Positions 8,351-18,602 of a stretch of 48,186 nt of DNA are shown in pieces. How positions within the stretch are numbered: position 1 is the stretch's first letter; the number at the start of each line of letters is the position of its first letter. The translations under genes were made by a program, and so were the position numbers. The stretch comes from Pseudobdellovibrionaceae bacterium. Lineage in GTDB: Bacteria; Bdellovibrionota; Bdellovibrionia; Bdellovibrionales; UBA1609. Location: contig JAUVAX010000016.1 in assembly GCA_030591685.1 (NCBI GenBank), forward strand, positions 1 to 48,186, read 5' to 3'. The notes beneath the pieces are model-generated. The model searched no databases, was not told where the DNA came from, and was given only the letters and a program-made list of their open reading frames with translations.

Positions 8351-9178
8351 TTATCCAATAAGCTTTCTGACTAATGTGGGGGCCTGATTGGCCTGTGCTA
8401 AGACGCTTGTAGAGAGCTCTTCAAGGATTCGAGCCCTTGTTAATTGAGCCATTTCACCAGCAACATCCACATCGGCAATAATTGAGCGAGCCTCTGAAAT
8501 GTTTTGGTGTTGAGAGGAAAGAGCGTCGATACTAAATTGAAACCGGCTTTGAGCTGAGCCAAACGTCGCTCGAGCCCTTAAGACCTGACCGAGGGCCCCA
8601 TCTAATTTTTCAATAGAATCTACGGCATCATCTTGGTCTGATATATTGAGGCCATCTATTTCAACCTCACTTGAGGTGGTGTTTGCATCTAGCTTAAATT
8701 TAATAATATTTTCGCTGCCGGCATTTGCCCCAACATGAAACGAAAACTCTTCATTATCGCCAACTAAAAGGTACTTTTGCCCGTACCTTGCCGACCGTGC
8801 AATACGGTCAAACTCCTGATTGAGGGATTGAAACTCCATGTCTAAGAACTCTCGTTCGTCTTTACCGACAGTATCAGAGGCGGCTTGAACGCCAATTTCT
8901 CTCATTCTTAAAAGGACATTGCTTTGCTCATTCAGGCTGCCTTCAGCTGTTTGTATAAAGGCCACGGCACTTTCGGCGTTAAGTTTGGCTTGTTTTAAGC
9001 CACTTATTTGAGACCTAAGGCCTTCGCTAATGGCAAAGCCGGCCACATCGCGACTGCCCTCGCCAACTCGCGAGCCAGAGGCCAGGGATTTTAGAGAGAT
9101 ATTAGTTTGTCTCTGCGATTTGTCCAAAAACCGTTGTGCCGTGAGAGACCCAACGTTTGTATTGATCCGAAAACTCAT
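8351..9178 (-). CDS. fliC: Divergent flagellin (fla2), 275 aa
   Basis: MSFRINTN...FIQTAEGSLNE...IADVDVA...VLAQANQAP; alternative GTG start at 9184. Confidence 0.95.
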   Translation of the reverse strand: MSFRINTNVGSLTAQRFLDKSQRQTNISLKSLASGSRVGEGSRDVAGFAISEGLRSQISGLKQAKLNAESAVAFIQTAEGSLNEQSNVLLRMREIGVQAASDTVGKDEREFLDMEFQSLNQEFDRIARSARYGQKYLLVGDNEEFSFHVGANAGSENIIKFKLDANTTSSEVEIDGLNISDQDDAVDSIEKLDGALGQVLRARATFGSAQSRFQFSIDALSSQHQNISEARSIIADVDVAGEMAQLTRARILEELSTSVLAQANQAPTLVRKLIG

Positions 9179-9269
9179 TTTCACACCCCTATCTTACTTT
9201 TCCTTTCTTAAGCCCTAAAAAAAGAAGAGTAGCCCAGTTGTAGAGATGTTGTTTTAGCAGTCAGGGGGC

Positions 9270-9296
9270 TCTTCGGTGCTGTGCGTCAGAACTTTA
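9270..9296 (-). promoter_or_regulatory. sigma28 promoter of fla2
   Basis: TAAA-N15-ACCGAAGA. Confidence 0.85.
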
Positions 9297-9555
9297 GATA
9301 AAAATAATGCAATACGTTAAGTGCTTGTTATAAAATACCTTTTTAGTAACATTTTTATAAACAGGCTCACCCTCAAGCTTCAGGTAAATGACTCCGTCCC
9401 TAGTTGGTGCTTTTGCAGCCCAGCTTCTGGCCTTCAGGCTTATAAGTCAAAATGAGATTCGCGGGGTCCAAATAAGAGGAGGGGTCGGCGATAAAAAAGT
9501 GGGGGGACAGAACATAAGGAGCTAGAAAGTAAAGGGACTAAAGAGAGAGTGTGCC

Positions 9556-9864
9556 TCAGGCGACCTCATCGTAGTTTTGAGCCTTACGAGTAAGAGTAAA
9601 CTCAAGCTCATCTAATTGAGCATATTTTTTAAGAGCCATTTTTAACTTAAAGTTGTGAGTAAATTTAGATTTATTTCGCTTCACAAACTCATCTAAGCGC
9701 TTTAAGGCCTCTTTAGATTCATCATAATGGGTCTTAACCGGCGGCTCGCCAGGTAAATCAGTATTAATAGGGGCCACTTTAAGGGGGGTGCCTTGAGGGG
9801 TGAGATGCTTGTCAGCCTCTTGGTCCTCCACAACAATAAATGGTTTCATAGCCTTAATTTGCAT
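9556..9864 (-). CDS. Hypothetical 102-aa protein, likely in the sigma28 regulon
   Basis: AGGGG RBS and upstream sigma28 promoter; no recognised domain. Confidence 0.7.
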   Translation of the reverse strand: MQIKAMKPFIVVEDQEADKHLTPQGTPLKVAPINTDLPGEPPVKTHYDESKEALKRLDEFVKRNKSKFTHNFKLKMALKKYAQLDELEFTLTRKAQNYDEVA

Positions 9865-9885
9865 TAAACTACCCCTTGGTCTAGC

Positions 9886-9912
9886 CTATCGGTAGTAAAC
9901 TCAAATACTTAA
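9886..9912 (-). promoter_or_regulatory. sigma28 promoter
   Basis: TTAA-N15-ACCGATAG. Confidence 0.75.
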
Positions 9913-10226
9913 TGCTTCGCGTTACTTATGAGGCAGGCTCCTTGAGTTAAGCCGGGCAAGCTGGCCTAACCCGTCCTAGAGCAGGCAGAAGTGTCCCTGG
10001 CCTTCATAGATTTAGCCCGCGAGGCTCAAATAACAGCCTATAAACAAAGCCTAGCCACAAATTGTCGGTAGTGTGTGTACACACGCAAGGGCGGTAACTC
10101 ATTAATTATACTTAACTTTTCACTTGTGGTAGGGGCAGTTGTTAGTTTTGCCTACAGGGCCCTTACTGAGTGGTCCCAAGTGATTAAAAATCTATTGTAA
10201 TAACAGATAGTTAGCCTGCTTCAATT

Positions 10227-10242
10227 TGGCACATTACGTGCC
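10227..10242 (+). promoter_or_regulatory. sigma54 -24/-12 promoter
   Basis: TGGCAC-ATTAC-GTGC with correct GG-N10-GC spacing. Confidence 0.65.
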
Positions 10243-10275
10243 TTATACATATATATAGGATAAGGAGCAGGCAAA

Positions 10276-11376
10276 ATGAACACTAAAAACACTTTCTACA
10301 TGGTTATCGTATTAATAGGTCTACTGTTTGTGTTTAATTATGGCGGTGGCAAGAACCCTTTTTTAAACGTAAAGGCAACTCAAAAAGTTTTTATGGATTT
10401 TCAAGATGAGGTTGATTTTAAAATCTCTAGGCCGTCCATAAAAATAACTCACCAAAATATGAGGCGCAAAATTCAGCAATTAAAAACGCGTAAGGTTTCG
10501 TTGAGAACAAAAAAACAACAGCTCTCAAAGAAAAAGGCGACTAAGGTTGTAAAAAAGAAAGATAAAAAGAAAAAGAAAAAAACTGAAGCTCAAAAAACTT
10601 TAGCTAACAAAAAAACTGTAAAAGATAAAAAATCACGAGCTAAATTGGAAGACTCTAACGTGCCTAATATCATTAGCTCAGCCCCTAAGGACGATGTAAA
10701 GGAAGCTTCAGAGGAGACAAATGAATGGATCGAAAGGTTTAAACAATTCCCAAATGTAAACACCTTAAAACAGTTTTTATCAGATCATCAGTTGGCTAAT
10801 ATTTCAGATCAGGTTTTTTATGCCGTTGTTGAAAGTTTATTAGAGGGGACAAATATAATTTTAAAAAAACTAGCCCTAACAGCCCTTGATGCTTCGCAAA
10901 CAGTGAGAAGCTTTCATTTACTAGTAGAGAAAGAATCAAGCCCAGAGTTTTTAGAATTAAAAGTAATGATCGAGCAAGCCCTTAATCGATACACCTTTGA
11001 GGGGCGCCTCTTTGTACTAAAGCAAGTTATTGGTAGCTCACAGTCTATTGCCTCTGTCGTTCGAGCAGGAGGTTTACTCTCTGAGCTTGTGAAGAAACTC
11101 ACTCAGGGTCAAAACGAAAAGGGAGAAATTCAAACCTTAGCACTCACAGAGAAGCGACGTAATCAAATGTTGGGCTTGCAGGAATTATTGAACCGAGCTA
11201 TAGGTGATTCGACTAATAATGATGTCAACGAGCAGTTGACAAGCACCTTAAGTGTTATAGAGGGTGTTTTAAAAGACACAACAAAGGTCGCCGAAAACTT
11301 AGATGACGACACTTTCGCCGAAGAGGGCGAGCCGGGTTTAGAAGAGGTTGGTTTGTCCTCTATAAGTACGTTTTAA
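10276..11376 (+). CDS. Hypothetical membrane-anchored protein, Lys-rich linker and helical (HEAT-like) C-terminus
   Basis: TAAGGAG RBS, N-terminal TM segment, KKKDKKKKKK tract. Confidence 0.75.
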   Translation: MNTKNTFYMVIVLIGLLFVFNYGGGKNPFLNVKATQKVFMDFQDEVDFKISRPSIKITHQNMRRKIQQLKTRKVSLRTKKQQLSKKKATKVVKKKDKKKKKKTEAQKTLANKKTVKDKKSRAKLEDSNVPNIISSAPKDDVKEASEETNEWIERFKQFPNVNTLKQFLSDHQLANISDQVFYAVVESLLEGTNIILKKLALTALDASQTVRSFHLLVEKESSPEFLELKVMIEQALNRYTFEGRLFVLKQVIGSSQSIASVVRAGGLLSELVKKLTQGQNEKGEIQTLALTEKRRNQMLGLQELLNRAIGDSTNNDVNEQLTSTLSVIEGVLKDTTKVAENLDDDTFAEEGEPGLEEVGLSSISTF

Positions 11377-11392
11377 TTAAAGGATAGTTTTT

Positions 11393-12511
11393 TTGAAGTT
11401 ATATTTTTATATACTAGCATTAATCTTCAGCTTTATAGGGAGTGCTGAGGCCTCCACGTGTAGACAGGTGTTTTCACCACATAAAATCCAATTAAAAACT
11501 ACTTATCAAAAAAGTGAATTTTTGGGTCAAGTGGCCGAAAACACAGGGAACAAGTCATTAAAAAAAATACGACTCAAAGTAGGTCAAGATCCGGAGCTTA
11601 AAGCTAGGTACAATAAACTTGTTGAAAAAATAGATTTAAACTCAGGGGCCTCAGCGGTTAAATTAGAAGTACTTTCGCAAAAGCTTATAGAGCTTATTAA
11701 GGTAAAAAATGAGGGGTATTTTAGAATCTTAAAAAAGGCGCTCTCGCCAAAGTCAGAGCCCCATGTTAAGGAGCTCGTTAGGCAGCGCCTACTTGTTCTG
11801 ACCCTTTCAAGGGATATTTCTTTAGAGTTAAAAAAATATGGCCTCTATCAAAAAAGCACTTGGCGCACGCGAGCACAAAGAAAACTCAAAAAATACATAC
11901 TACAAAGAAAACTTGTACAAGCCATTTTAATCAATGGCCTCAGTATTCATTTTTTAGGCTGGCCTGTTTATATACCTAATGTTGACTTTATTTCCCATAC
12001 CTACTTTTCACCCTCAGTATTGAAAATGGTCGAAAAGGAGGGCTTTGGGCCCACCTATAAGGATATTAAAAATCAATTTTCATTAAGGGTAGGGGCTCAA
12101 AAAGCCACCCATACAATTACAAAGGTTCTAACAGCAACGTTTTTGGCGACTTACTTGGCTTATTTTTCTTATGGGACTTATAAAGCAGGTAAACTTACTT
12201 ATGGTACCTATGAGATTCTACAAGACGTAGAGTACAGTCATACTTATTTTTTACTCAGCTCAGTACCTAAAGAAAATAAAATTTATGACAGTTGGGCTGA
12301 TCTATTTTATCAAATGAATGCTAGAGAGCCCGATATTAATAACAATCAATTTGACCGTTCTGATTGGAAAACTTACCTAATAGACATAAACACATCTTGG
12401 GCAAGCGCCATAGAGCAAGAGTATGGGCGCAGACCTAATATGAAAGAAAGCCTTGAAGACCGTAAAGCTTGGATAGAGTTTGTAAAAATTCCCTTTGATA
12501 GTGGTTTATAG
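11393..12511 (+). CDS. Hypothetical exported protein with internal hydrophobic segments
   Basis: Signal peptide ...AEA|STCRQVF; 372 aa. Confidence 0.75.
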   Translation: MKLYFYILALIFSFIGSAEASTCRQVFSPHKIQLKTTYQKSEFLGQVAENTGNKSLKKIRLKVGQDPELKARYNKLVEKIDLNSGASAVKLEVLSQKLIELIKVKNEGYFRILKKALSPKSEPHVKELVRQRLLVLTLSRDISLELKKYGLYQKSTWRTRAQRKLKKYILQRKLVQAILINGLSIHFLGWPVYIPNVDFISHTYFSPSVLKMVEKEGFGPTYKDIKNQFSLRVGAQKATHTITKVLTATFLATYLAYFSYGTYKAGKLTYGTYEILQDVEYSHTYFLLSSVPKENKIYDSWADLFYQMNAREPDINNNQFDRSDWKTYLIDINTSWASAIEQEYGRRPNMKESLEDRKAWIEFVKIPFDSGL

Positions 12512-12742
12512 GAGGGGGTTGGGTGTTGCTCGAGCGGGTCCTTTGCCTGCTACAGCTGATCTGCTAAATTGTCTGAGTTGTATAATAAAATCAGCTGAGC
12601 GTTAAGGCCAGTAGTGCACTAGGTGCATAGATCTATAGGTATGTAGAAATTTCACTATTTTGATTTACTAAGGCCAGCAGGCTTTAATTATAGTACTCTC
12701 GGTTAAAGTTTTACTTAGGTAAATACAAATAAAGGGGCTCTT

Positions 12743-14317
12743 ATGCTTATTAGAAATTTAGCATTGATTGTATCGGTGATTATTTGTGTAGGTTCAATTG
12801 TCGAGGCCAATGTGCTTCAGAAAAAATTACCAGAAGCAGATCTATATTCTCAAACTGATGTTGAGGCACTTAGTTTTCAATTTGTACAGGGCTCGCCGCC
12901 GGTTTTTTATAATGTCCCTCCCGGCCAAGTCGACCAAGAGATTTTAATAATAAATGATTTAAAAAAAATAGCCAAAGACGACCATGTCATTCAGTCCATA
13001 GTGGGCAATGAAGTATGGACGCTGCTCCCCCTCAGAGACAAAATACTAAATGAACAAAGATCTAAAGCCTTTGAAACCAGTATTAAGGTAGGTAAAAAAG
13101 TTGTTGGTGAATGGCTGCTTGAGGCGGCAAAACAAAGAGGGTTAGTTAAAAACGATAAAGAGGCCACAGCCCTACTAGAGGCACTAAATATAATTGAAAC
13201 CAAATCAGATGAGGAAATCACGGCCTACATTAATGAACATAAGCTAAAACCAATGCCGACTAAGGCAGACATTATTGATCGTGTTCAGGGAGGGATGGCG
13301 ATTCGTGACTCACAAAATCGAAAAGCTGAGTATGTAACAGAGATAGAGGCGCTTATCCGTGAAATTGACAGCAAAGAAAACACTTTTAAAATGCCCGATA
13401 ATTCAAGTTTTAGCCTTCAGGGTTTATATAAAAATGTAACAACACCTTCGGCATACATATTTACAGCTGGTATAAAGCTACCTAAGTCTAACATGGGTCC
13501 ACAAAATAATATATTCAGTTCGTCTGGTGTCGTTGGGCCTCTTGGTAATCTTTTTGTAAGGTCTGTTCAAATTATTTATAAGCTTTTATCAGGCAACTCA
13601 GTCACTTTTACTTCAATAAATCGCCCATGGGCAAAGCATGTTAGAAATTTAGATACAAATGAAATTACTGTCTCGACCTCTGACCCCTCAACATGGCACT
13701 GGGAGAAATCAGCTCAAGTTTGGGTGCAGATTGATGAGATGTTTAAGAAAAATAAAAAAGCTCCGGTCGCACCTTTTATGGGTCCTTTTTTAGAGGGTAA
13801 AGGTCCAACGCTGCTACCATTCCCCAAATATAGAGTGGGTGGTGGTTTCCTTTGGGCTAGAGACATGAAGACCCTTGCTGAAATAAAAGGTGGGTTTGTT
13901 GGCGGGTCATTTACAGTGACAGCAAAAAACCAAGTGAATAGGTATAAGCCGATTTCAGGTAATGTTAAAGTCGGGGTTGTTCTGCCAATGGAGAATATTA
14001 CATCCGGTAGTATCCCAAAACTTTTTGACTACGTATATGCTATGGCGTTTATTCAAAAAGGAGTTCAAGTTTCAAAGGCCATCAAAGCAACGACTAATGT
14101 TGGGTACATAATGAGCTTGTCAGAAATGTTCAATGCACAGCCTGTTTTTACTCAGCCCTATCCTGTGCAAACTCAACCAGGGAGCGTTGGTACTCCTGGT
14201 AACCCTGGTGGAGGGCCGATTGGTATATTCCCTCAGCCGCGTGATGACTCACGGTTAAACCCACCTATTGGGTTTATGCCGCGAGAGCAAGAGACGATCA
14301 TTTCGCCCCCGAAGTGA
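12743..14317 (+). CDS. Hypothetical secreted protein with Pro/Gly-rich C-terminus
   Basis: Signal peptide ...VEA; 524 aa; AAGGGG RBS. Confidence 0.75.
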   Translation: MLIRNLALIVSVIICVGSIVEANVLQKKLPEADLYSQTDVEALSFQFVQGSPPVFYNVPPGQVDQEILIINDLKKIAKDDHVIQSIVGNEVWTLLPLRDKILNEQRSKAFETSIKVGKKVVGEWLLEAAKQRGLVKNDKEATALLEALNIIETKSDEEITAYINEHKLKPMPTKADIIDRVQGGMAIRDSQNRKAEYVTEIEALIREIDSKENTFKMPDNSSFSLQGLYKNVTTPSAYIFTAGIKLPKSNMGPQNNIFSSSGVVGPLGNLFVRSVQIIYKLLSGNSVTFTSINRPWAKHVRNLDTNEITVSTSDPSTWHWEKSAQVWVQIDEMFKKNKKAPVAPFMGPFLEGKGPTLLPFPKYRVGGGFLWARDMKTLAEIKGGFVGGSFTVTAKNQVNRYKPISGNVKVGVVLPMENITSGSIPKLFDYVYAMAFIQKGVQVSKAIKATTNVGYIMSLSEMFNAQPVFTQPYPVQTQPGSVGTPGNPGGGPIGIFPQPRDDSRLNPPIGFMPREQETIISPPK

Positions 14318-14393
14318 GTATTACTAAGTCATTTATTAAGAGATATAGAGTTTTTTAAGTAAAAAAATAAATTGCGCGTAAAGGTAAAAAAAT

Positions 14394-16850
14394 ATGTTTA
14401 AATTTAAGGTTTTATTGGCGCCTGTTTTGTTAACAATGCTGGCCTCGTTTTCCCACGCGGCACCTAACATGTGTCATCTTCTTTTTAAGGCCTCTTACGA
14501 GGGCTTAACCAAGGCCGATCAATTAAGGTTAGATAATAGTAAAATTAAGATTGATCAAACCATAGATTTGAATTTTGATTTAGATTTTGTAAAAAACGCC
14601 GCAATACCTGAAAAAAAATATAATGAGTATGTCCATAAGTTTTATTACCATAAAAACTTTAACCCTTTAAGTTGGAGTTGGTACACGTTAAATCATTTGG
14701 GCCGTTGGACTTATATGACTTACCGAGGCGCCCCATCGGCTAGTTTTTATCAAAAAGCCCGACAAGACGCCCTATTTTTTGCAAGCCCTGAAATTCGACA
14801 AAAAATGAGTCGATTAAAAGAGGTTGTAGAGGGGTATGTAGAGCAAATTGTAAAAGTTAAAAATGAAATATCTGAACTAGAGTTAGAGGTTGATCATCTC
14901 AAGCAATATATTACCGAAAGCAAAAAAGAAAAAATCTTAGACCTACAGATGCAAATTGAGAGCCAGCGGTTAAAGCTTGAGTCCTATGAAGAAAAGCAAA
15001 AAAATAAAAATGATATTTTAGATAAAATTTCAAAAAATAGTGAGTTTAGAAAATCAAAAACAAGAATAAAAAGGCTGGTTAGGCAACTTAATACTTATGA
15101 CGCTCGAATTAATGAAACAATTAAGCTAGCCACCGCGACTCGATTAAGAGCCTACATGTACTGGAAGGCATTTCTTAGTTCGAGAATATTTTTTTATGAC
15201 AAGGTAAAGTATACACATCTCGTTATTGGCAAAAAAAATACAAGTAACGGAAAGTACTTTGAGGTCGTAGGGGCTCCTAGAGTTAGGGATTACCTTATTC
15301 GAGTCAAGGTCCCCGTGTATAATACTAAACTTAAGCAGTTCGAGTTTGAGGACGAATATTTTAAAACCAAATGGCACTTGTTTCATTCAGCCCGCGTAGA
15401 GCTAAGCAATGCCGTTAGGTATTCAGCCAAGGTCCCTGTTTTAAGTAGCTTGTTTTCGCAGCGTGAGGTTTTAAAACTAGAGAGGCAACAGGCTGAAACT
15501 CGGGGTGAACTTGAGGCTGTATATGTTGTTCTTGAGCGATTGAGATTAAAAAACAAGCTCAACCCAGAGACGACTGAGGAGCTAGATAAAATCGACACAG
15601 CTCTTAGAGAGCATGAGCGTACAGTCAGCCGCAGGGCAAAATTTTGGTTGAGCTCAAAGATATTTTGGGCCGAACACAAAAGCTTTTACAACCGCAGCTA
15701 TAATGCGACAGCACAATTTATTGACAAATACTTTAACCGCGACGGCGGTGCTGAAATTAGTCAAAATGAATTTACAGTACTCCTTAAGGACGCCGGTATT
15801 GCTGAAAAAACGAGAAGTTCTTTGCCAGTTACAGTGATGACCAGAAGCCTCATGGCCGTGCTCTTGAGTTCATCAGGGTATAAGTATCATCAAAACCTCT
15901 TTGAGTACGTACAGAAGTCTTATGACACTATAGATGCTACTGTCATGAATACCGCTTATAGGTATTATGGCGTTGATTTTAATATTAAAGCCATCACTCA
16001 TAAAGACTATAATTCAACAGGTAGCCGCACCGCTGAAGAGAAGTACGGAGCAGCTAGAAATAAACAGTTATACTTAGCCTTTGGGTCTAGGTATAAGAAA
16101 TTTTCAGAGGGAAAGCTAGAAGGCCTATCCTCTGAGGATATAACCACCTATGTAACCGCCGTAAATGAATTTAGAAAAGAGAGGGCGCTATACCTTTTAT
16201 CTAAAAAATTAAAGAGTATTGATGTGAGTAAAGATAAAAGTTTAATTTCTGTTCAATCTAAGTTAGTAGATAAGCTTTCAGAAGTTTCTTTTTTCGAAGC
16301 CGAAGCCATTGTAGAGGCTGCAAAAATAGTGGATAACAACGCATTTTCCCGTGTAGCCGCTGAACTATTGGGTGAAGTAACAAGAAAATACGATAACAAT
16401 AAAGAGATCTCAGACAGGGCGCCTGTCGATTTTGATAGCTATAAGGTCCAGAGATATATACTTAATATACTTCATGCCCTTAATTTAAGTGAAAAAGTAG
16501 ACTTTGCAACAGCACATAAGCTAATAGACGATTTAATGCTTGGAGAGCGAGGTTCAATGACCCTCAGGGCTTTAATCGAGGACAAGTACGAATTTGACAA
16601 TTTTAGGGCTAAAAAATTCTCCTTTCAAACAGAGTACAGCATTGAAAAGAACCTGCTCGAGGCTAGAAAGGCAGAGGTGAGTGTTTACTTTTTTAATAAA
16701 TTTATTAAAGACCATAACGGGGACGCAATAGATATTCTCAGTCGGGCGTTAGAGTTAGAGCAAGAGGCTTATAATCAGTACCTAAATGAAAATCCGGTAT
16801 TAAAGCGTGAAGTTATAAATGATAAGAGGTCTGTAGAGCTTGAGGATTAG
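14394..16850 (+). CDS. Large hypothetical secreted coiled-coil protein
   Basis: Signal peptide ...SHA|APNMCHLLF; 818 aa; heptad-rich region. Confidence 0.78.
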   Translation: MFKFKVLLAPVLLTMLASFSHAAPNMCHLLFKASYEGLTKADQLRLDNSKIKIDQTIDLNFDLDFVKNAAIPEKKYNEYVHKFYYHKNFNPLSWSWYTLNHLGRWTYMTYRGAPSASFYQKARQDALFFASPEIRQKMSRLKEVVEGYVEQIVKVKNEISELELEVDHLKQYITESKKEKILDLQMQIESQRLKLESYEEKQKNKNDILDKISKNSEFRKSKTRIKRLVRQLNTYDARINETIKLATATRLRAYMYWKAFLSSRIFFYDKVKYTHLVIGKKNTSNGKYFEVVGAPRVRDYLIRVKVPVYNTKLKQFEFEDEYFKTKWHLFHSARVELSNAVRYSAKVPVLSSLFSQREVLKLERQQAETRGELEAVYVVLERLRLKNKLNPETTEELDKIDTALREHERTVSRRAKFWLSSKIFWAEHKSFYNRSYNATAQFIDKYFNRDGGAEISQNEFTVLLKDAGIAEKTRSSLPVTVMTRSLMAVLLSSSGYKYHQNLFEYVQKSYDTIDATVMNTAYRYYGVDFNIKAITHKDYNSTGSRTAEEKYGAARNKQLYLAFGSRYKKFSEGKLEGLSSEDITTYVTAVNEFRKERALYLLSKKLKSIDVSKDKSLISVQSKLVDKLSEVSFFEAEAIVEAAKIVDNNAFSRVAAELLGEVTRKYDNNKEISDRAPVDFDSYKVQRYILNILHALNLSEKVDFATAHKLIDDLMLGERGSMTLRALIEDKYEFDNFRAKKFSFQTEYSIEKNLLEARKAEVSVYFFNKFIKDHNGDAIDILSRALELEQEAYNQYLNENPVLKREVINDKRSVELED

Positions 16851-16885
16851 TTTACTATAGTCTTAATATGTTAGTCCTAAAATCT

Positions 16886-16916
16886 AAAGCCCAGTCGAGC
16901 TCGACTGGGCTTTTTT
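16886..16916 (+). terminator. Intrinsic terminator
   Basis: Palindrome AAAGCCCAGTCGAGCTCGACTGGGCTTT followed by T tract. Confidence 0.85.
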
Positions 16917-17022
16917 CTATTTGCCCACAAGTCGATAAAAACTTAGTCGAGTATTCTTTAGTCTGTAGGGGTATAAAGGTCTGTATAATTTTAATTCTAT
17001 AGTCTTGGTTTTTATTTCTTTA

Positions 17023-17093
17023 GTCTAGAATGAGCAACACCTAAATCTAGTTTCACTCGACTGGGCTTAAGCAATGACTAGCCTCGCCGAAGG
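17023..17093 (+). promoter_or_regulatory. sigma28 promoter of fla3 with upstream palindromic box
   Basis: ATCTAG-N5-CTCGAC-N5-TTAA-N15-GCCGAAGG; extra GTCTAG at 17023. Confidence 0.8.
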
Positions 17094-17285
17094 GTAAGTT
17101 GTAAGCGGCACTGGCCTAGACTTAAAAAATGAAGAGAGATTTATAGTTTTAAAAGTAGACATAAACCTCGCTAAAAGTTTTAAGTACAAGGTCTGGTGTA
17201 AAAAATAAACCGTGTCGATAGACACCACAATCTGTAAGTAGCGGTAGGTCGTGAAAGTAAATTGTGAAAAATAAGGAGAACACAC

Positions 17286-18119
17286 ATGGCACTAGTTATA
17301 TCAACAAACATACCCTCAATAAATGCTCAAAAATCAATGAGTCAAACACAAAGAACACTACAAAAAACCATGGCCCAACTTTCATCGGGGTCAAGAATAA
17401 CAAAGGCCGCAGATGATGCCGCAGGCTTATCAATAAGTGAAAACTTAAAGTCTAACATAAGAGGCTACACACAGGCTCGTAGAAACGCCAACGACGGGAT
17501 CTCAATGATTCAAGTGGCTGAGGGTGGCCTTGCTGAGGTTTCAAATATATTAACGAGGCTCAGGGAGCTAGGCGTTCAGGCTGCTTCTGATACGATCGGA
17601 GATACAGAACGTGGATTTGTGAACAAAGAAGTTCAGCAATTAAAAAACGAAGTTCAACGTATTGCTAGTTCGACAAGGTTTAATGGCGCTCAGTTATTAG
17701 ATGGATCTGGGGGCGAGTTTTCCTTTCAGGTAGACATAGGTAATGATGATTTTAAAGATAGAATAACATTTGATACCTCAGAGCAGTCGGTGAACCTTTC
17801 TGATTTAAGTATTGATGGTTTTGATTTTTCATCCAACGATGGAGCCAGAGAGGCCCTAGAGCAACTCGATGCAAGCCAATCACAAGTGAACGGGCATAGA
17901 GCGAATTTAGGAGCCCTACAAAACAGACTCATATCTACAACAGAAAACCTAAGCACAGCAATTGAGAACTTTTCATCTGCAAACTCACGAATCAGAGACA
18001 CAGATGTTGCAGAATCAAGTGCAGCCCTTGCCTCAGCACAAATATTAGCTCAGGCTTCTGTGGGTGTTTTGGCTCAAGCCAATCAAATGCCTCAATCGGC
18101 ACTAAGGCTAATAGCTTAA
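17286..18119 (+). CDS. fliC: Flagellin (fla3)
   Basis: LSSGSRITKAADDAAGLSISE...SRIRDTDVA. Confidence 0.97.
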   Translation: MALVISTNIPSINAQKSMSQTQRTLQKTMAQLSSGSRITKAADDAAGLSISENLKSNIRGYTQARRNANDGISMIQVAEGGLAEVSNILTRLRELGVQAASDTIGDTERGFVNKEVQQLKNEVQRIASSTRFNGAQLLDGSGGEFSFQVDIGNDDFKDRITFDTSEQSVNLSDLSIDGFDFSSNDGAREALEQLDASQSQVNGHRANLGALQNRLISTTENLSTAIENFSSANSRIRDTDVAESSAALASAQILAQASVGVLAQANQMPQSALRLIA

Positions 18120-18179
18120 TAGTAATTATTTATAGATTTTATGTTTGGGGGGTGGTTCTCCGTCCCCGGAACTGACCTA

Positions 18180-18209
18180 CCCGGGGGGCTTGTCTCCCGG
18201 GGTTCTTTT
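18180..18209 (+). terminator. Terminator of fla3
   Basis: CCCGGGGGG-CTTG-TCTCCCGGG then GTTCTTTT. Confidence 0.7.
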
Positions 18210-18602
18210 AGTAAATAATATTATTACTGAAAGAAAGGTAAATGAATGGCTCACATGAGCCTCTAGTTTATAAAACCTCCTAAAGGTAAAAGCTAACTTA
18301 AAATTCACCCCTTTAAAGGTAAAAGTTATAGCTTAAGTCCACCTTTTTACTTCAAAATTAATTTATCACAATGGGTTTAAATATTAAGATAATAAAAATC
18401 TAATTTACCTTAATGCCCTCATTTAATATTGCTTATTTATTTTTGTTATATAGATAGTAGAAGTTAATTGTGTACAGGTAATTAATAACTCAGTGAGGTT
18501 GGGAACTTAATATATATAGACTCCACCAAGTAACAAAACATTAATTAACTTAAAAATATCATTGAAAACATTTTAGTAATTTTGATTTTTCCTAGAAGGG
18601 CC

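Noticed and set aside
6880..9263. Inverted repeats around fla1/fla2 read as a DNA inversion (phase variation) system
   Set aside because: No recombinase in the window, the repeat pairs are unrelated to each other, and matches to plus-strand flagellins are direct repeats. RNA complementarity explains all cases. Not formally excluded without read data.
17199..17221. Second sigma28-like site TAAA...GTCGATAG
   Set aside because: Spacer is only 11 nt; better explained as the GTGTC-GATA-GACAC leader hairpin
18281..18346. Two ~33-bp imperfect repeats starting TAAAGGTAAAAG as a CRISPR array
   Set aside because: Only two degenerate adjacent copies, no spacers, no cas genes
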